Origin: Dudresnaya verticillata
Taxonomy: Eukaryota
NCBI GenBank assembly: GCA_977862235.1
Contig: OZ374565.1
Span: forward strand, 1,364,001 to 1,428,000
Direction: 5' to 3'
Length of the DNA: 64,000 nucleotides
The notes below the pieces were generated by a model. The model saw only the letters and a list, made by a program, of their open reading frames with translations. It had not been told where the DNA came from and ran no database searches. The position numbers were made by a program, and so were the translations under genes. Positions 59,363 to 64,000 of the stretch are shown here, in pieces; within the stretch, counting starts at the first letter, position 1; every line of letters starts with the position of its first letter.

Positions 59363-62300
59363 GAACCCCCGTCCAAGTTTGCGACACGTCCTCGTGTCGC
59401 CCCGGCGTGGGACGTAGAGAAATGTCACCGAATGGTTTGCAGCAGCTCTGTGACAAGATCTGAGTTTCACCAATTAGAACGTGCCAAGTCATTTGGAAAC
59501 ACCCAATGAGCGTTTGACAATTGGCACGCATATTTGTGCTCCCACGGCCAATCGCAGAACCTGTGTGATGCCACGTGTACGTCACCGAAATGGTACTCCT
59601 CAACCCGGTGCCATGAAGAAACGCCTCCATCTGGTCAAGTCCTGTGCGGTCTTTTGCCCCCACCAGCCCAGAACTGCTCTCGTTATCGAAAATACCCTTC
59701 GTGGTTTCCAAAATGGTTTACCCTTTCGGCGGGAGGACGAGGCTACGCGCTGGACTGCGACGAGAACCAGGAAGGTTACCAATGTGGGTTAACGTCCAAC
59801 GAAGACCGCACACCGCCCGGGGCTCACGCGTTTGCGAGACTTTGCGTTTCGGCGAAGGTTTCCGTCGTGCCCACCACCGTGGTTTCAGCCCCAATGGGAA
59901 CCTCCGGAGCTTGGGAAGTCTCTCAGGTGTATCCCAAGCTCAGAGAGGTGGACCTCAGGGGTTTTCGCTTACGCGTTCGCGAACCTTGGAGGTTCCCCAG
60001 CGTACGCGTCCTGAACGGTCCAGCGCCTTGCCGAATACCATTTTGGTGACCCAACGTCACCGTCCAAGCGGAGGCTTACCATACTGAAAACCATCGTGGT
60101 TAACGGGAAACGTCTTCCAGAACGGTAATGACTTCAATAGTTACCATAAGCGGTTATCGAGACCCGTCCAATGTGGGGCCCCAAATCTCACTTGAGGACA
60201 GTAACCATTTGGTCCATGGACAACCGTCTCGGTTAGCGAAGTCCTTTGGCCACGATGGTAGCGCACATGCGTACGTGAATACGTCACAGTACCACCTAGG
60301 GAAGATTTTCGGGTTACGACGAATACGAGAGCGTGGAGAAGCGTAACCTTCGCAGTTATCATCAGCAAAAACCATTTAGGTTTATGACTTCGCGATTCCT
60401 TCCCACATACAGGGACGACTCTGAAAGGATACCGACATAGGTTTGCCGCAATGGGGTAACTCAATCGCGTACACCCAGAAGCAGTTCCCAATTGAGAATG
60501 GGTCTCCAGAGCGGTACACATGAGTCCATCAAGGTAAACCACGTGCGTTTTCTTCCCAAAGGGGTTATCTCCAGAAGAAACCAGAACGGCGGCCACTGAA
60601 AGAGCATCACTCCTTCCCAACCGAATTCGGTGATTCCTGAAGAGGCATTCCAAAAAGGTGACTCCTGCAGTCAACTGTCCTCGTGAACGCCGTATGGAAC
60701 CCGTTAAGCAAGGTGTTCCCAATGGAGGACTGCCACAGACGGGACCGGGGTCCGGACCAAACGGTCCATCGCAAAGGTTGTCGATACCAATTCGGTAACT
60801 ACCTTCGAGCAGTGGCACCTGGGTTCAACACCACCAGTAAGGTACCCATATGGGTTCAGCCCTTGAAAACCTAGGTTAAGAGCTCTTAGGGGTGAGAGAA
60901 ATATCAGGAACCGTTTCGGTAAATGTGAAATCACTCAGCATACACACCTTATTCAGTTACCCATGATGAAACTTCTTCGACGAACCCAAAGCGGCTAATA
61001 AATACCAATCTTGGTCCCCAATATCATCATATCCAAACTTCCATCGTTGGCAACCTATTCTTGAGGTAACTTGATCAGCTTTTCTTTTCAGATTCCAGTT
61101 TCCATTTCAGCAATCATCTATCCACTTGAACGGCTCTTCTCCTTCAGCAATCTTATAACTGACAACAGAATCCATAAAGGTGCTACTCGAGCATACTTCA
61201 ATAGTGACCATTGTCTACTTCGTTTGATAGCCCGGATAGCGATCCATAAACGCAGTGTCTGTCTGGTGTAACCTCAACGGTACGGTACGGAACAAGAACG
61301 CCACGAAAGTTACACCCCCTGTGGATCCTGGTTATGGCGACTATATAAGCCGTGACCAGTATCCAAAACTTCGTAAGTAGAAGCCAAAGTGGGTACTTGC
61401 CGGAACAGCATGAAAAGGCTCCGGAAATATGCCTCTTACGAAATAACTTGAACGGAAACCCTTGACAGGTACGTCACTTCCTTGTCAGTTTCCATCCAGG
61501 TATATACAAAACATCCATCTGAGAATTAACTCAACGAGTACAAGGGGACTTATACCAATTGTGGCTCAATCCCAATCGGTTCTCTTTGCGCGGTAGATGG
61601 CATGGGCGTGCGGCTTTACACCCCTTTACGTACTCCATCGTGTTTCCTTTCAGGTAACCAGGTTTGTACAAATAGTCGGATCTCGAATCACGCAACTCAG
61701 GGGAGTAAGTGCGAAGATTGAAGACTTCGTAATATGGACGTAGCATAGAACCTTCTCGGTGGATCCAGTTCTGGTAACGATGGGTCACGTCCAAACGCTC
61801 TGCTGCGTTACTCCCATCAATAATGGCGACCTTTAAGGTAGGCCACTCCTGGTAGGTCCCAACAAAAGTTGAGGCCCAACCAATTACCGGTTCCCAATGG
61901 CCTGAATGGAGGCGTCCTAAACATTCCCAAGGGAACCAAGGACAGTGGACGAAAAACTCTTCTAAGAAAACTCCTGGTTAACAATCTCGATTAGTATCAA
62001 CACACGGGGAGATCGAAAAGACCTGTTGGTTGCTTATCGGAGAAATTCCTCATGGGTAATTGCGACACTGAAAACACAGTTGGAATCAATATTTCCCAAT
62101 GTGATAGCTTTTCATAACGCAACCCCTAGGGTGAGCACGTCGTTGAGGAGTCCATCCCTCTTCGACTTCTCATTTGATACCAACAGACGGTTATCGCCAT
62201 TGTTGGTAGATCTGGTCGAACTGAAAGTCCCATCTTCTCAAGAACCTTGGACCACGGTCACAAGGAAACTCCAAACGAGTATCTATCTTCTATCTCCTAC

Positions 62301-63342
62301 TAGGTGTCCTTCTCCTCTACCACATGGTTATCTTGGACAGTTTCTTCAAAACCTCTTTTCCAATATCCTTACTCTTCTACTCCTTGAGTAACTTGGATAG
62401 TTCCGACATTTCTCTCTCTAGTGCCCTTCTTCTCCAACCAAAAACGTTTCTTGGGCTTAATTAATCATTCGAGTTCCTACTGAACAGGATCACTTCTCGA
62501 GTTTCCATTCTTTCGGAACCATAAATGGTTGACCGCATGGGCCACTGTGTCACTAGCTCTTACTACCTTCGGAGCTTCCGCAACACTCCTCCACTAATCC
62601 CGTGATACCCGCAAGTATCTTGCGCAACGCGCACATTTATCACCATCGGGGGGGTTGGTCGAACGATGCCAGGAGGGTCTGCATCGTCCGCCTGAATGTT
62701 TGTCTTTGGTTACCAATACAAGTGTGACTTTGAAAGGTTGTCCCCTCTGGGTTCAGACTCGGCTTAGGATCTTCACCTGTCGGGGTAGGAAGTTCTCGTC
62801 TAGCATACCAAACTTTCGGATCATTTGACCTCTTTGGAAACCTCCCTTGAGTCCAGCCCTTTAGGTTATACCTTTCGGTAACACGATAATGCCCCTTCTC
62901 TCTCATTCAATGACGAAAGAACTCCTCAAACCTTCCTAGAGATAGTTTCATGTCGGGAGATACCAGGTGATCAAACTGGAGAACCTCTTTAGGTGAAACA
63001 GACTTATTCAAACGAAGGGAATCATTGAGGGGTCTTACTTTCTGTTCTTCTCTCTTGTACCGAAAAGGGTTACCATTCTGGGTTAAGGACAAAACAGCAA
63101 CTCCAAGAGGTGAACCGGACTTGGACACACCAGCTCGTGAAAATTCCTTTGAGATGACTCCACGGACAGGAAGACCAGAACAGGTATTTCCAATTGGGTA
63201 CTCCAACAATGAGTCAACATGGAGCCAAGTAAAGGAACCAAAGACAGGTTGATTTATACGATGCCCGTCAGGTGACAATAGTCTGGCAGGGTTCATAAGC
63301 TCACTAACCATGAAGGTAACTGAATAAGATGTCCTCCAGCAC

Positions 63343-63360
63343 TTCTAGGTCGGGAGACCA
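63343..63360 (-). promoter_or_regulatory. Primer-binding site (tRNA-Tyr type)
   Basis: TGGTCTCCCGACCTAGAA, identical to 9313-9330 and 28416-28433. Confidence 0.9.
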
Positions 63361-63362
63361 GA

Positions 63363-63867
63363 TGTAAGGAAGTGCCTTTTAGGTCTCTTGTGAACTCAAA
63401 GAGTGCACTCAATGAGAAAGCCACAGAGCGGGTACCTGGTAGCGGTGGTAGAGCGGGAGGAACCCAGAGGGTAGACGAGGGCACGTAACCGGATTGGAAG
63501 CACGATACTGAAGGTAGTTCACTGGGCGGGCGGTTGACCGGGCACGGGTGACAAGTGTGCTGCGGTGCCGATAGCTTGGAGACGTAGTTGGGGCCGGAAG
63601 GTGCTTACCTTTACTGTGCAGTAGTTGCCACAATGGTGCACCTTATATGGAAAAAGGCTACCGTCTGGTCCCCTGACACCGCTTCTGAGGACTGTGTACA
63701 AGGCCCGCCTACACTACTAATAAATAATCATAAAATAACACTGGATGTGTCCCGAAATGGACCACTTGTCAGTTACCTGGAGGGTCACTTCAAATCTCGA
63801 TCTCAGGCGCTATTCATCATCCTGGAATAGTTCCACGCCGCTTCTGCAAGCCTTTCACTGTATTACA
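63363..63867 (-). repeat. 5' LTR of element E
   Basis: Direct repeat of 58858-59362. Confidence 0.96.
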
Positions 63868-64000
63868 GGAACCTACGTAACTATAAACAGAGACTAACTT
63901 AGACCCCTTTCGGGCTGATAGAAATTTCGGCTGTCAAGCCCTACTTATGGGCGCCGGAATAGCCGGCGCCCTCAGAATAAACACTCAGGGGAGTTGTTCG

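Larger units (their letters stand above)
58858..63867 (-). mobile_element. Non-autonomous LTR element E (LARD-like, 5010 bp)
   Basis: Two apparently identical 505-bp LTRs, PBS 63343-63360, PPT 59363-59375 (minus-strand TGGACGGGGGTTC), TSD CGAAC/GGAAC. No intact gag or pol in the 4-kb interior. Confidence 0.92.
58484..63974 (+). repeat. Candidate older LTR (58484-58857 + 63873-63974) split by element E
   Basis: PPT-like AGAAGGGGGCTA then TGAGG; CCTCA at 63970-63974; CTTACAG/CACGTG motifs like the other LTRs. No partner LTR to confirm. Confidence 0.35.

Noticed and set aside
63949..63971. GC hairpin GGGCGCCGG-AATAG-CCGGCGCCC as a Helitron 3' end or terminator
   Set aside because: No CTRR terminus follows, and the eukaryotic context rules out a rho-independent terminator.
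1..64000. Most short ORFs in the supplied six-frame track
   Set aside because: They are shadow frames of GC-rich retroelement DNA or LTR-derived, with no motifs or independent support.
1..64000. CRISPR array, rRNA or tRNA genes
   Set aside because: No regularly spaced repeat-spacer array. The tRNA-like sequences are only 18-nt PBS complements with no cloverleaf.

Overview
This is eukaryotic, almost entirely transposon-derived DNA; a red-algal origin is my inference from the style of the elements and is not proven. It holds a nested stack of chromodomain-type Ty3/Gypsy LTR retrotransposons. These are: a 5'-truncated copy with open pol (1-6847, +); a fragment (~7800-12755, -) interrupted by a truncated LTR plus leader (~8565-10241); two full-length decayed copies with TSDs (20480-29208, -; 44164-57205, +); and a young non-autonomous LTR element (58858-63867, -). 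Four of them share a tRNA-Tyr-type primer-binding site. Between them lie a TIR/4-bp-TSD DNA element (12769-20163) carrying a disrupted ParB + DPPY DNA-methyltransferase gene and small coiled-coil ORFs, a related Sola-like transposase locus (~32.6-41.4 kb), and a cytochrome P450 fragment. Three observations stand out. (1) Each retroelement family is saturated, even inside coding sequence, with its own palindromic word (CCG-N3-CGG, YGGCCR, TCGA, ACC-N5-GGT). (2) An uncharacterised protein family is encoded antisense in the 3' region of a Gypsy element, with a second, intact 791-aa homolog next door. (3) A methyltransferase-carrying Sola-like transposon family. All counts and alignments were done by eye and need computational confirmation.
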